Source: Deltaproteobacteria bacterium
GTDB taxonomy: Bacteria > UBA10199 > 2-02-FULL-44-16 > JAAZCA01
Assembly: GCA_018645265.1 (NCBI GenBank)
Contig: JABGOS010000118.1
Span: 7,855-71,854, forward strand
DNA: 64,000 bases
Direction of reading: 5' to 3'
A model generated the notes under the pieces. The model ran no database searches, was not told where the DNA came from, and saw only the letters and a list, made by a program, of their open reading frames with translations. A program made the position numbers and the translations under genes. Numbering within the stretch: the first letter of the stretch is position 1; every line of letters begins with the position of its first letter. This document shows, piece after piece, positions 1 through 10,626 of this stretch.

Positions 1-882
1 CGCCGCTCCTCTGCTAAAAAATTGTATGAATTTAGTACTATGATTAGCGATTTGAGTCATGACTCGCTGGCAAAGCCACTTGGAGAGCTAGTAAGAAATG
101 TACTTGAACGCTCTGGCTATATCGAAGCTTTGGCAAAGGCATCCAGCATCGAAGCGGAGGCGAGGATCGAGAATATAAACGAGCTCGTCACTGCTATGGA
201 AGAATTTATTTCAAATGATGATTCCTATCCGTTGACTCAGTTTTTGGATCAAGTGGCGCTTGTTTCCGATACCGATAGTATGAGTGATGATTCCGGTGCC
301 GTTACTATGATGACTATGCATCTCGCGAAGGGGTTGGAGTATCCAAACGTTTTTATTGTAGGTATGGAGGAGGGGCTTTTTCCTCATGCGAGATCATTGG
401 ACGATCCTGATGAACTGGAGGAGGAGAGAAGGCTCTGTTATGTGGGTATGACGAGAGCTATGGAGAAGCTTACGCTTACGCATGCTTTCAGACGAAGGCA
501 CTTTGGAACGGAGAGATATAACGTGGCCTCGAGGTTTCTGGATGAAATTCCGAAGCGATATGTAGAGAGAAAGGCATTCGGTCATCCATCGCCACAAATA
601 AGAACTAATTCCTTTTCAAAACAGGGGGAGAGTACTCCGAATCGTTCCAATCTTTCTCCTAACAATAGTTCTTCAGATTTTGATTTCGATTTTGATCAAC
701 GACCTGCAGAGGAGAGGGTGGATCCCTATATGAGGGGTACGCGCGTCAAGCATCCAACCTTTGGTGCGGGTGTCGTCAGGACTTGTGAGAAGACTAACGC
801 GGGACATAAGGTTACAGTTAGGTTTCAAGACGGACAGATTAAAAAGCTGATAGCTGAGTGTGCTGGCCTTATTACTATCTAG
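1..882 (+). CDS. UvrD/PcrA/Rep-family DNA helicase, C-terminal portion (5' end cut by window edge)
   Basis: The frame is open from base 1. It carries the superfamily-1 helicase C-terminal motifs HLAKGLEYPNVFIVGMEEGLFPH and RLCYVGMTRAMEKL. The tail has a DFDFDFD acidic repeat and a Tudor-like KHPTFGAGVV...VRFQDGQIKKL segment typical of the UvrD C-terminus. Confidence 0.8.
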   Translation, partial: RRSSAKKLYEFSTMISDLSHDSLAKPLGELVRNVLERSGYIEALAKASSIEAEARIENINELVTAMEEFISNDDSYPLTQFLDQVALVSDTDSMSDDSGAVTMMTMHLAKGLEYPNVFIVGMEEGLFPHARSLDDPDELEEERRLCYVGMTRAMEKLTLTHAFRRRHFGTERYNVASRFLDEIPKRYVERKAFGHPSPQIRTNSFSKQGESTPNRSNLSPNNSSSDFDFDFDQRPAEERVDPYMRGTRVKHPTFGAGVVRTCEKTNAGHKVTVRFQDGQIKKLIAECAGLITI

Positions 883-1005
883 TTTATATCTAATAATATC
901 AAATAGTTATCGTCGTAAATGTTAAGCGTTTTTTTTGCGCAACTTTTTGCGCCTAATATCGATAATATAAAAAGTTTAAAGGGGTATATATAGGAGGGGC
1001 ATGTC

Positions 1006-2250
1006 ATGGGTGATGATCTAATTAGATTGGTTGGGGGTATACATGTGGACGCTGCTGTATTGGAGGAAGGCGCGGATGCAGCCGTGGATGATTTTAAGCC
1101 AGAGCTCGCAGGTGATCTATACTTTCAAAATACCTGTAGAAAGCTTGATGGTTCGTTGGATAAGAAGGGGTGTCTGATAAATGGTTTTTATATTACTCCG
1201 GACCAAACAACGAAAAAATCTACTGGAATTCTTCCAGGTGGATATTCACTGGGCTCTCTGCTTGCGGAGGATCCAAAGCCAGCAGTTGTTCCAATAGAGG
1301 TGTCCGATCTATCCGATAAGACTCAGGAGGGGGTGCAATGGGTGTCCGATGTGGTGGTAGATGGGGTTTCTATATTGGCTGCTACTGTTGATGAAGTATT
1401 TACAGTTACAGCTTCTATCTATCCGGGCTCTACCGTAACGGAGGGTGTTCCAAAAGTCGTGATAGAGGATAGGGAAGGGGTTGTGGTAACTGCACCTCCA
1501 GGGGGAGTTGATAATGCTGAGGTTAAGGTAGCGAACGTGGAAGCAACAGCTGCAACAGTTGTAGCTGGTTCGAAGGATGAGTTGGTGGATTTTCTGGATA
1601 CGCATGACGATTGTCAGAAAGTCCCCGGGGTGATGAAGTCACAGTACAATTGGTCGGGCGCCGATTTTCAGGAAGTCGTCTATCAGCATCTATTGAAAAG
1701 GCTGGATGCAGGTCAGCCTGTTAATCCTTTAGATTATTTGCAGATATATCCTAATCTTGATGCATGGAGCGATTTTATTGTCGAAAAATATGCTGAGTTG
1801 GATTTAAAAGAACGTTCAAATGAGCATGTCGCATTTGAAATGATTGTCGATAAGGTGACTGGACATTATTGGGTCAGTAAAGGCGAATTTAAAGATTATT
1901 CTTCAGGTATAACTAGACTTAGAGATATGTCATTTGCTATCGCTCAGCGAATTGTGAATGGTGGCGCCGATGTAGATTCAGGCCCTTTGTCGGCAGAAGC
2001 CTTCTTCACTATTTCATCACAACTTGGTGATATGAAGACTCTGAAGCTGTTAGTGGATTATGTTAAAGGAAGACTTGCTGATGAAGAAACGCTGGAAGGT
2101 GATAAACTGTTTTATCAGGCTGTTTCTGCTCTATTCTTTTACGATCTCTACTCCACTGAGAATGCGGGTTATCTAAAGTTGCAGGAAGGAGCCCTTGCGG
2201 CTGTTAGGGATAGTTCTAAAACTCCCGAGAATGTATTAAAGTTATTGTAA
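1006..2250 (+). CDS. hypothetical protein (acidic, Val/Thr-rich N-half, helical C-half)
   Basis: 414-aa ORF with AGGAGG about 10 nt upstream. No recognisable family motif. Confidence 0.5.
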   Translation: MGDDLIRLVGGIHVDAAVLEEGADAAVDDFKPELAGDLYFQNTCRKLDGSLDKKGCLINGFYITPDQTTKKSTGILPGGYSLGSLLAEDPKPAVVPIEVSDLSDKTQEGVQWVSDVVVDGVSILAATVDEVFTVTASIYPGSTVTEGVPKVVIEDREGVVVTAPPGGVDNAEVKVANVEATAATVVAGSKDELVDFLDTHDDCQKVPGVMKSQYNWSGADFQEVVYQHLLKRLDAGQPVNPLDYLQIYPNLDAWSDFIVEKYAELDLKERSNEHVAFEMIVDKVTGHYWVSKGEFKDYSSGITRLRDMSFAIAQRIVNGGADVDSGPLSAEAFFTISSQLGDMKTLKLLVDYVKGRLADEETLEGDKLFYQAVSALFFYDLYSTENAGYLKLQEGALAAVRDSSKTPENVLKLL

Positions 2251-2257
2251 TCTCGAG

Positions 2258-2722
2258 TTAGAGCTTCCACTCCAGTACTTCTGGAAATTCATCGTTTTCC
2301 GAAAAGGAATCATCGGAGATATCATCAAAAGATGTATCCCCGTTAACGAGGTGACTGATAAATTTTTTCAGCTCCTCCAGGTTGGTATAGGGCTTGTGGA
2401 GCAAGTGAAAGTCGTAGCTCTTGAGGTTGAATCGCGAAAGATTGCTACTGTAGGCGGTTGTTAAAACGATAACACAATCTGGACACACTTCCTTTGCGTA
2501 TTTGGCTAAATCATATCCTTTCATGTGAGGCATAATCACGTCGCTGATCAAAACCTTGAATGAACATTCCTCGATCAACTCTTTTGCAATTAGGGGGTCA
2601 TCGATGAATTTAACATCGTCGATACCCATATCTCCAAGAATCCTTCTCCAAAATGATAGATAGATTGGATCGTCATCTACAACCAGCGCCATGAAGTCAG
2701 GTTTTCTCTTTGGTTTGATCAA
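2258..2722 (-). CDS. stand-alone response-regulator receiver (CheY-like)
   Basis: Acidic pocket LVVDDD, phospho-acceptor context LISDVIMP, LTTAY and conserved K in LLHKP. No output domain. Confidence 0.75.
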   Translation of the reverse strand: MIKPKRKPDFMALVVDDDPIYLSFWRRILGDMGIDDVKFIDDPLIAKELIEECSFKVLISDVIMPHMKGYDLAKYAKEVCPDCVIVLTTAYSSNLSRFNLKSYDFHLLHKPYTNLEELKKFISHLVNGDTSFDDISDDSFSENDEFPEVLEWKL

Positions 2723-2915
2723 AATATGTATCCTCGATATTATTTAATACAATTAATGTGCCATAAATCGATCCTGGATGGCTCTGTAATATATTGAAAA
2801 TAAAGGAAGTTTTCTTCTGCCCGGATATGGGATCTGTTTGGTGGGGTTATTTTTACTGGGTTTTTAGGCGATTCTGACGCCCAAAATAATAAGGTAAGTA
2901 AATCAGCAGGTTACA

Positions 2916-3578
2916 TTATCTACGCAATGTCAAAAGCGTGGCGGTAGTTTGACGGCATAACCTCGTGAATTGCCGACAGTTTAGAATTTTAACACCCTTC
3001 CATCTTTTTTTACTCAGATAGCCTCCAAGATCCAATATGAGGCGTGGCCGTGAAGAAAGTGAAACATCTAACCCCTCGAGTTGCTTCTTGGTGAGAGTCC
3101 CTATTATGATGAGCGATGGGGATGGGTCTTTACCGACAATCCAATCGCCATAGGTTAAACTTCCTTTAAATGAATCCATAAATTGGTGACGACCGATGAG
3201 GGTAGCTCTTTTCTTAGTGGTGCGCGTTGAGTACTTATCTGCCCAATCCAGCAGGGTGTTTCCCCTTATATCATAACCCATTATCCAGCCGTTCTTTTGC
3301 ACTACAAGTTCGACTGTTCCTGATTTTTTTGCAATTGGATCTAACAGTGGGAGATGCTTGCTGACCTTTTTTTGTAATGCCCTGCAAATTGTGAGTCCTG
3401 ACAAGCCGACAAGTTTTATGCTATCAGCAATGTTTTTCAAATACCGTGCGTCAGTTTTGAGGGCGATGTGTTTTATATTTTTTTTTGTGCTGGAGAGGTG
3501 GATATTGATGGGATCCTTGCCATCCGAGTTTGTATATAAATGGCCGACAATGCTTGGTATGTTGAACCTCTTCTTCAA
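2916..3578 (-). CDS. hypothetical protein, translationally coupled to ribF (ATGA overlap)
   Basis: 220-aa ORF with a 4-nt overlap to ribF and a basic C-terminus. No confident family assignment. Confidence 0.45.
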   Translation of the reverse strand: MKKRFNIPSIVGHLYTNSDGKDPINIHLSSTKKNIKHIALKTDARYLKNIADSIKLVGLSGLTICRALQKKVSKHLPLLDPIAKKSGTVELVVQKNGWIMGYDIRGNTLLDWADKYSTRTTKKRATLIGRHQFMDSFKGSLTYGDWIVGKDPSPSLIIIGTLTKKQLEGLDVSLSSRPRLILDLGGYLSKKRWKGVKILNCRQFTRLCRQTTATLLTLRR

Positions 3579-4519
3579 TTGGTATCCCGTTTGGCTTGAT
3601 GAAATGTGCGTGATGTTTCTATGTCCATCCTTATGCGTTCCTTTAGATCTTTCTGAGATCTGAAGGCGACTTGGTCGCGGACCCTCTTTAGGAAACCGAT
3701 TTCAATATTCTTCCCGAGGAGGTTCATGTCGACATCCAAAAGGTGTGTTTCGATAGCGAAGTCAGAGTCTGGAAATGTAGGGTTGTCGCCGATGCTGGTA
3801 ACCGATGGATATGGTTTCTCGACACCTTCAACGATGGTTTCAGTTATGTATACTCCATTCCTGGGTGTGAGTTCGTTGTATGTGCGCATGTTAGCCGTGT
3901 GCGCGTCGAGGGCGCCTCCGAGACCCCTGCCAGATATGACCATTCCTTCTATGGAGTAGGGTCTTCCAAGAAGGGAGTTAGCCATATCGATATCGCCATC
4001 CGATATCATCCCTCTTATGTTTGTAGAGCTTATTAGCGTTTCCTCTCTGAACTGAGCCTCGACCTTGTCGATTTCAATTCCTTGAGAACATGCGAGGTTA
4101 GACAGTGTGTCGCTGGTTCCCTCCCTATGAATTCCAAATGTAAAATCATAACCAACCACTATTGCTGATGCATTCAACCTTTCCACAATTATCTTTTTAA
4201 AAAAATCATCCGCATGCATATGTGAAAAATCGGATGTGAAGGGTTCCATGATACACACATCTACACCTATGGTTTTCAGCGCGGCTATTTTTTGTTCAGG
4301 TGTTTGTAGGAGGCGTGGTGGATGCTCGGGCGCTAAGATCTTGGCGGGATGGGGGTTGAAGGTGTATACGACGCAGGTGCCGCAAAGCATTGCTCCTTTC
4401 TTTTTTGCGCGTTGAATCAACTCTTGATGGCCTAGATGCACACCATCGAAATTTCCAAACACTATTACTGGAGAGCTTGTATCTTTTGAAAAATCTTTTG
4501 ATGAGAAGTGTTTAATCAT
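3575..4519 (-). CDS. ribF: bifunctional riboflavin kinase / FMN adenylyltransferase
   Basis: N-terminal FAD-synthetase motif VIVFGNFDGVHLGHQ and C-terminal riboflavin-kinase domain (GRPYSIEGMVISGRGLG, ETHLLD). Confidence 0.9.
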   Translation of the reverse strand: MIKHFSSKDFSKDTSSPVIVFGNFDGVHLGHQELIQRAKKKGAMLCGTCVVYTFNPHPAKILAPEHPPRLLQTPEQKIAALKTIGVDVCIMEPFTSDFSHMHADDFFKKIIVERLNASAIVVGYDFTFGIHREGTSDTLSNLACSQGIEIDKVEAQFREETLISSTNIRGMISDGDIDMANSLLGRPYSIEGMVISGRGLGGALDAHTANMRTYNELTPRNGVYITETIVEGVEKPYPSVTSIGDNPTFPDSDFAIETHLLDVDMNLLGKNIEIGFLKRVRDQVAFRSQKDLKERIRMDIETSRTFHQAKRDTN

Positions 4520-4535
4520 AATTATTTGATAAAAC

Positions 4536-7289
4536 TTAGTTGAGCCTTTCGATTACCAGTGTTTTGGTGCCCGTGATTTTTTCCTCATCCCTGGAGCCAA
4601 TGATGATGCTGTTGCTGCCAGGTTTCAATGGAATGGTCATGTTGAAATTCATCGACGAGGAACCCTTGGGGTTTGTCTTGTAATCTATCTTTTTCTCATC
4701 GACGAATATGAAGTAATCACGAATCTTATCGTTATCTATTATTGTGCCTGATACTTGGGCTGAGCCGCCATGGACTTTGGTCTGGATGTTGTTGAATGAT
4801 ATCTTCGGTGGTGAAAGTGTGGTGCCAGGTTCCGGCAACATAGTTCCTTTAGTGGGGTAGAGTTTTATTCTCTTTGTTATGAATAAACGGCGTTTTATAT
4901 CGGCCAGCGTTAGGTCTATTGAACAGTTGGATTCGTCAAATCCTGGGAGCATATGAAATTTCAACTTAGTGCTCGTTTTCTGCTTGGCTTTTAGTTCACC
5001 AATTTTGATTCGACCCTTTTCAATAAACACCTTATCATCACATTCCCCGGATAGGCTTATGATGGTGTCTTCACTGCTTGTACCTATACCCTTGTTTTCC
5101 ACTTTGATGTCCATCGCAATCGGTGAACTTTTGAACGCCTTGCCATAGGTTGCTTTTGGTACGCTGTAGCTCATAGAGAAGATTGGTTCTGGGAGTTCCT
5201 TCACAGGAATTCCAATCTTCATTTCTGGAGGTGCCTTCTCATTGGCTTCTTCGAAGGTTAATTCCATAGGTAGGTCCTGCGTCGCCAGGCTTTTTGGAAG
5301 CTCAATAGGCACCTTCCAACTTTTGCTCTGACCTGCTTTTAGGAGGCCGAATGGAAATTCACGGTTTGCAAGGAAAGCGAAATCTTCAGATTGGCCTATC
5401 GCCAGGAGTCTGGAATAATTACCGGTGCCAATATTTTTTGCTGTAAGCTCGATCTCCACTTTTTCACCAGCTTCTGCCTGCTTCGTAGGTTTACCATTCT
5501 GAAGGATCTTCTGTGTGAGCTTGAGCTTTGGTGCGCCAGTGCTCTTTGCTAATTTCCAATCAATGCCTAACTTGCCTAGTGCGGAATCAATCTTTGTCTG
5601 CTCTGCGGCGGTAGCTTTTTCAACAACCGGTTTCGAGGAGCTCAACACGGCGCTTCTTAAGCTATCCTTCGAATTATCCTCAATTATTTTCTGTGAGAGC
5701 TTTACAGCGAAGTCATCGGCAACGTCGATCTTTTTTGAGTATTCACGCTTGGATCTTTCCTCGATCTCCTCTTCCCCCTCCTTGGGCTTGAGGTAACGTA
5801 CAGTGTATTTAGGTTGCTTGAATTTTGATTTCTTAAACTCCTTGCTTCTTTCTAAATGTTCATCAAAGTCCTTCTCTGAGAAGAATTTGTCCGGGTAGAG
5901 GTTGATCTCTTCCTTATCAACTATGACAGGTATGAGATGTATGTCTGGCATAACTCCGATGAGTTGTATGGATTCTGTGCCGGCTGGTTTATATTTCGCG
6001 ATTGTTAGCTTGAGAGCTGTATCGTTGCCGAGTTCAAAGATTGTTTGAACTGATCCCTTTCCAAAGGATTCGCTCCCCATCACAACTGCGCGATTATGCG
6101 CTTGAAGCGACCCTGCTACGATCTCAGAGGCCGATGCTGAACCTTCGTTTATAAGAACTATCACCGGATAATCTGGCTCAGTCCCTCCCAGATGGGCTTC
6201 ATCCTTATCCAAAATGTCTCCACCCTTGCCTACGGTGGACACAATTACGCCCTTCTTTATGAAGAGGTCGGCTATGCTTACAGAGGAGCTGAGCAATCCG
6301 CCTGGATTATTCCTTAAGTCCAGCACTAGGCCGTCGAGCTTGCCATTGTTCTGATCGTGAATACTTTTTATAGCTGCCTTCGTGTCCTTGTATGTATTGG
6401 ACTGGAAGCTCTTTATTCCTATGTATCCTATCTTCTTTTTAGTGGATGGTAGCATTCCATATTTAACGCTATCAATATTAATCAAGGCTCGCGTTAGAGT
6501 TATGCTTCTCGATGGACGACCTTCGCGTTCAACGATTATCCTAACTTTCTTACCGACCTTGCCGCGCAATTTATTTACCGCATCTGTGAGTGACATATTG
6601 ATCGTGGATTCATCACCGATTTGGACGATCTTGTCGCCAGACTTTATTCCATGACGATAGGCGGGAGTTCCTTCTATAGGTGCAATTACGGTGAGCATCC
6701 CATCTTTCATCGTAATGACAATTCCTAATCCGCCGAACTTTCCTCGGGTACCAATTTTAAATTCGTTATAAACTTTTTTAGACAAAAAGTTGGAATGAGG
6801 ATCTAACGCATTCAACATCCCGTTGATTGCAACTCTTTCAATTTCTTCCGGTTTGATATCCCCCTCGTAATTTAAAAATATAAAATCCATGAGCTGAATC
6901 ATAACCTCATCGAGTTGTTGTAGGTTTCTCATAGGACGAATTTTGAATCTTTTCTTTGCGAGTCCCACCGTGACAACTATGAAGTCGTTTCCGTTTTCTT
7001 TTACCAAAATTTCCGGGATTCCCTTTTGAAGCATTTCAAGGGATTCGGAGAGCATCTTCTTGGGATCTATTCTCTTGGGGTCGATGTAGTGTTTATGGAT
7101 TGCTACGATAGCTCTGTCCAAAACATTGCTGTCATATTTTTCCGGATATGCGCTGGAGCTGTTGGTCGCAAGGAGGAAGATGGTGGCACAAAATAGAGCT
7201 ATCGATGCGAAGGCTAAAGATCGCTTTGTAAATGGATTTAATAAATTCATAACTCCCCTATGTTTGAACTCTGTTATATTGTAACCCAC
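4536..7289 (-). CDS. S41-family C-terminal processing (tail-specific) protease with PDZ domain and long C-terminal extension
   Basis: N-terminal signal anchor, PDZ (GLGIVITMKDG...GIKSGDKIVQIGD) and S41 catalytic region (VLDLRNNPGGLL, GSASASEIVAGSLQ). About 300 extra C-terminal residues. Confidence 0.85.
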   Translation of the reverse strand: MGYNITEFKHRGVMNLLNPFTKRSLAFASIALFCATIFLLATNSSSAYPEKYDSNVLDRAIVAIHKHYIDPKRIDPKKMLSESLEMLQKGIPEILVKENGNDFIVVTVGLAKKRFKIRPMRNLQQLDEVMIQLMDFIFLNYEGDIKPEEIERVAINGMLNALDPHSNFLSKKVYNEFKIGTRGKFGGLGIVITMKDGMLTVIAPIEGTPAYRHGIKSGDKIVQIGDESTINMSLTDAVNKLRGKVGKKVRIIVEREGRPSRSITLTRALINIDSVKYGMLPSTKKKIGYIGIKSFQSNTYKDTKAAIKSIHDQNNGKLDGLVLDLRNNPGGLLSSSVSIADLFIKKGVIVSTVGKGGDILDKDEAHLGGTEPDYPVIVLINEGSASASEIVAGSLQAHNRAVVMGSESFGKGSVQTIFELGNDTALKLTIAKYKPAGTESIQLIGVMPDIHLIPVIVDKEEINLYPDKFFSEKDFDEHLERSKEFKKSKFKQPKYTVRYLKPKEGEEEIEERSKREYSKKIDVADDFAVKLSQKIIEDNSKDSLRSAVLSSSKPVVEKATAAEQTKIDSALGKLGIDWKLAKSTGAPKLKLTQKILQNGKPTKQAEAGEKVEIELTAKNIGTGNYSRLLAIGQSEDFAFLANREFPFGLLKAGQSKSWKVPIELPKSLATQDLPMELTFEEANEKAPPEMKIGIPVKELPEPIFSMSYSVPKATYGKAFKSSPIAMDIKVENKGIGTSSEDTIISLSGECDDKVFIEKGRIKIGELKAKQKTSTKLKFHMLPGFDESNCSIDLTLADIKRRLFITKRIKLYPTKGTMLPEPGTTLSPPKISFNNIQTKVHGGSAQVSGTIIDNDKIRDYFIFVDEKKIDYKTNPKGSSSMNFNMTIPLKPGSNSIIIGSRDEEKITGTKTLVIERLN

Positions 7290-7492
7290 TATAATTCCAA
7301 ATATTTTTCACAAATTCGAGCGAATTAGGGCAATATGATGCTTTGACATTTCGATTCAGTCAAGAAGGAACTCTTCTGTTAACAGGTGTTTTTAGTAAAA
7401 AACATGATGTAGTGAAATAGAAAATCTTGCCAACCTATTGAAATATCCCTATAATACGAAATTGAGATGGTCTTACTTTCAGGGGGAAAGAA

Positions 7493-8902
7493 TTGAATAT
7501 CGGCCAATTATCATCACAATTCTGGTCAGCAGCGATGCCTACAATTCTTGTAAGTACTGGAATAATATGCTTTATGTTGGCTGTCAGTATGGTGGCCCTC
7601 AGGTGGCAGGCTTTCTATTCCTCATTTCGACGAATCATCCTCAGAAGGCCTCAGTACGATTACCATAAGATATTTCGTGATTATCTTGAGAGATTCAACA
7701 CCATAGGGGATCGTAGGGAGTTGTACCCAGCGATTCTTTCAGCCGCCTGTAGAATTATCGATGCATCTGGGGCATCCCTTATAATCAGAGATTCAAAGGA
7801 TACTTTGCAGATGAAGGCTACCTTCGGTCTGAAGCCCTTCAGCTTTGATGTAGGCGAGGTGAAGGAATTCCTTACCAGGCTTGAGACTGAGAGAAGGGTG
7901 ATCACGCGTGGCGACCTGGTAGGTTCAACCAGATATAGGGATATCAAGAATGAAGGTCTTCGCTGGTTTGTGCAGTTCAATGCCGAAGCGTGTGTGCCGC
8001 TTTTTGTTGGAGATAGACTCTATGGTCTTGTCAATCTTGGTTCCAGAAAGAAGAAACGATACGACAGGGAGACTCGTGATCTATTAAAGCTTTTGGCTGT
8101 TCAGTTTGCCACAGCAATTCACAATGCGAATCTCTATCAAGCCCTGATTAAACAAAATCTCAAGTTGCAGGAAACCTCGAAGTTCAAGACGCAGCTGCTT
8201 GCCAATGTATCTCATGAACTGAGAACTCCACTTACTGGAATAATAGGTTTGTCAGAGCTCTTGGCTGAAGGAGGCGATGGCCCGGTTAATGAGGAGCAGG
8301 TGAAACATCTTTTCCTCATTCGTCAGTCTGGCACCAAGCTTCTCGATACTGTGACGGCGATGCTGGACCTTTCGAAACTTGAGGTCGATCGTCTCAATCT
8401 GGCTATCCAGAAGGTTAATATTGGTAAGGTTGTGTCGCAGGTTGCTAGTGATTTGCAGCTTAACAAATATACGAAGCTGGAAGTGAAGATGGGAGATGAT
8501 ACCCCTGGTGTGTATGGTGACGAGCAGAGGCTCAGGCAGATTGTGAAACATCTTCTTGAGAATGCGGTTAAGTTTACGAAGCGGGGCAAGATCTTAATCA
8601 ATGCGGAGAAATGTGGTGAGATGCTTAAGGTTTCAATCAAGGATACCGGTATAGGTATTGATAAGAAGAGACAAAAGATAATATTTGAAGGTTTTCACCA
8701 AGCTGACGGCAGTGCAACCAGGGAGTATGAAGGGTTGGGGCTCGGCCTTACAATATCAAAGAAACTCGTGGAACTACACGGTGGTAGAATTTGGCTTAAC
8801 AGCAAGGTTGGAAGGGGTAGTGAATTCAACTTTACTCTGCCTCTGAAGCCCGCTGGGGTATATTCCGACCAAAGAGCTGGAACCAGGCGTTTTGCCTCAT
8901 AA
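7493..8902 (+). CDS. sensor histidine kinase (TM segment, GAF-like domain, HisKA, HATPase)
   Basis: H-box LANVSHELRTPLTGIIGLSELL. ATPase N/G boxes LLENAVKFT, IKDTGIGID, GLGLGLTISKKLVELHGGRIW. TTG start called by the ORF track. Confidence 0.8.
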   Translation: MNIGQLSSQFWSAAMPTILVSTGIICFMLAVSMVALRWQAFYSSFRRIILRRPQYDYHKIFRDYLERFNTIGDRRELYPAILSAACRIIDASGASLIIRDSKDTLQMKATFGLKPFSFDVGEVKEFLTRLETERRVITRGDLVGSTRYRDIKNEGLRWFVQFNAEACVPLFVGDRLYGLVNLGSRKKKRYDRETRDLLKLLAVQFATAIHNANLYQALIKQNLKLQETSKFKTQLLANVSHELRTPLTGIIGLSELLAEGGDGPVNEEQVKHLFLIRQSGTKLLDTVTAMLDLSKLEVDRLNLAIQKVNIGKVVSQVASDLQLNKYTKLEVKMGDDTPGVYGDEQRLRQIVKHLLENAVKFTKRGKILINAEKCGEMLKVSIKDTGIGIDKKRQKIIFEGFHQADGSATREYEGLGLGLTISKKLVELHGGRIWLNSKVGRGSEFNFTLPLKPAGVYSDQRAGTRRFAS

Positions 8903-9015
8903 TTTTCCTGTACGATCTAGTCTGATATCCTAAAAATTACGTTGATTTGGGGTGTTGCATCTGTTAGATGCCACCATCTTATATCTATTACTCAGTTAAT
9001 TATTGGATTTCCTTG

Positions 9016-10626
9016 ATGAAGAAAGTTTCGATTTCAGTATTGATCGTAATCCTGTCGATCGCCGTTGTGGCAGAGTTGTCGGCTAAGCCAAGTTGGCATA
9101 GCTCCAAGCGTAGCGGTCTATCTTCAGATAAGATCTCTATATCGGGTGACACTAGGCCACAGCCCGTCTATCCGACTCCTGAAGAGTCTCAAATCGTTGA
9201 AACAAGCGTTGGTCAGATGTTCGATAAAAGCGATGAACCTTCAAACAGGGTCCTGAACCTGGATGATTGCATACGCCTTGCAGTTCAGCGCAATAAACGT
9301 CTCATCGCTGCGGGATACGAGATTGATGCTGCAAGGAGCCAACTGACCGAGGCGAAGGCGCTTCTTTGGCCGGTTCTCGAATATAAGTATCGAATGGCAC
9401 CAGTGCCTAAGGATGTGGATGATGCATTCAATAAATTTTTTGAGGGAGAGGTCACCCTCTTTAATAGTTTGCATGTAGGGATCGGGGTTCCTATTTCATC
9501 ATTTGGCCAATTGCACACAGTTAAAAAAATGGCTCGTGGTGGTGTTGAAGCTGCTAAGGTAAGAAAAGTGAGCACTACCTACGATACGATATTCCAAATT
9601 AAAAAAATCTACTACGGAATTCAGTTGGCGAAGGAGATGATTAAACTCATCAATGAAGCCGTGGATGGTATTGAAAAGAAGCTCAAGGAAGAGGATGCGA
9701 AGGAAGAGAAGAATATGGATCCTTACGACATCCTTCGGCTCAAGGTCTTCAAAGTTGAATTGGAAAGACGTCTGCAAGAAGCAGGGAATAATATGGAATT
9801 GGCGTTTGAAGGTTTGAGAATCCAGATGGATTTTGATTCTGATGTTGAAATACAACTCGATTCTTATGATCTTCGTCCTCTCATACATAAAATGGATGCG
9901 GAACAGAGATATATAGATGTTGCGATGGAGCATCAACCTAACGCCAAACTGCTCGACGTAGGTATTGATGTTAAGCGTGAGCAGTATCGGTTGGAGAAAT
10001 TTAAACTGGCACCTAAATTGGGCTTTGGGTTTTTTGCGGATGTAGGCCGTTCTGTAGGTTTTATAAGAGGGCTTCAATCTACGGATGATTTTAATGACCC
10101 CTTCAACTATACGCGTGCAGGTGTTGGATTGCAGCTGAGTGGCAATCTGGATTTTCATGGTTCATATGCGAAAATCAAAAAGGCTCGTGCGGAATACTTT
10201 AAATCGACTTACGAGAGACATATAGCCAGGAGAGGGCTGAGCCTTGAAATGAAGAAGGCGTATCTTACAGCAAAGAGAATGCGGGAGAACGTTACCAGAT
10301 CCAAGAAGGCCGAGTCGATAGCGCGTCAGATGACATTCCTATCGAAGATGAATGTTGATATGGGGATTGGTGACAATGATAGGTATGCCGATGCTCTGAA
10401 ATTCGTACTCCTGACCAGGGGGCAGTATTTTAAAACGGTTTTCGATTTCAATACTGCGTTAGCTGAAGTTGAAAGGCGAATCGGAGCGGAGAAATACACA
10501 GAGCTCATTTCAGTTCCGAATATGTCGGAACACGAATTTTTCAATATAGAATCAGCTGAGGATACAGGGTTTGAATACTATGATGATGATCATGTCGACA
10601 TGGAGGGGATTGAAAATGAGGATTAA
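9016..10626 (+). CDS. TolC-like outer membrane efflux protein (OEP family)
   Basis: Signal peptide MKKVSISVLIVILSIAVVA and the typical OEP N-terminal repeat start LNLDDCIRLAVQRNKRLIAAGYEIDAARSQL. Start chosen at an internal ATG of the 8968 ORF. Confidence 0.6.
   Translation: MKKVSISVLIVILSIAVVAELSAKPSWHSSKRSGLSSDKISISGDTRPQPVYPTPEESQIVETSVGQMFDKSDEPSNRVLNLDDCIRLAVQRNKRLIAAGYEIDAARSQLTEAKALLWPVLEYKYRMAPVPKDVDDAFNKFFEGEVTLFNSLHVGIGVPISSFGQLHTVKKMARGGVEAAKVRKVSTTYDTIFQIKKIYYGIQLAKEMIKLINEAVDGIEKKLKEEDAKEEKNMDPYDILRLKVFKVELERRLQEAGNNMELAFEGLRIQMDFDSDVEIQLDSYDLRPLIHKMDAEQRYIDVAMEHQPNAKLLDVGIDVKREQYRLEKFKLAPKLGFGFFADVGRSVGFIRGLQSTDDFNDPFNYTRAGVGLQLSGNLDFHGSYAKIKKARAEYFKSTYERHIARRGLSLEMKKAYLTAKRMRENVTRSKKAESIARQMTFLSKMNVDMGIGDNDRYADALKFVLLTRGQYFKTVFDFNTALAEVERRIGAEKYTELISVPNMSEHEFFNIESAEDTGFEYYDDDHVDMEGIENED

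Noticed and set aside
9499-10158. 219-aa antisense ORF within the TolC-like gene
   Set aside because: AT-rich antisense frame with no SD and low-complexity Ile/Phe/Lys composition. Overlaps a well-supported sense gene.
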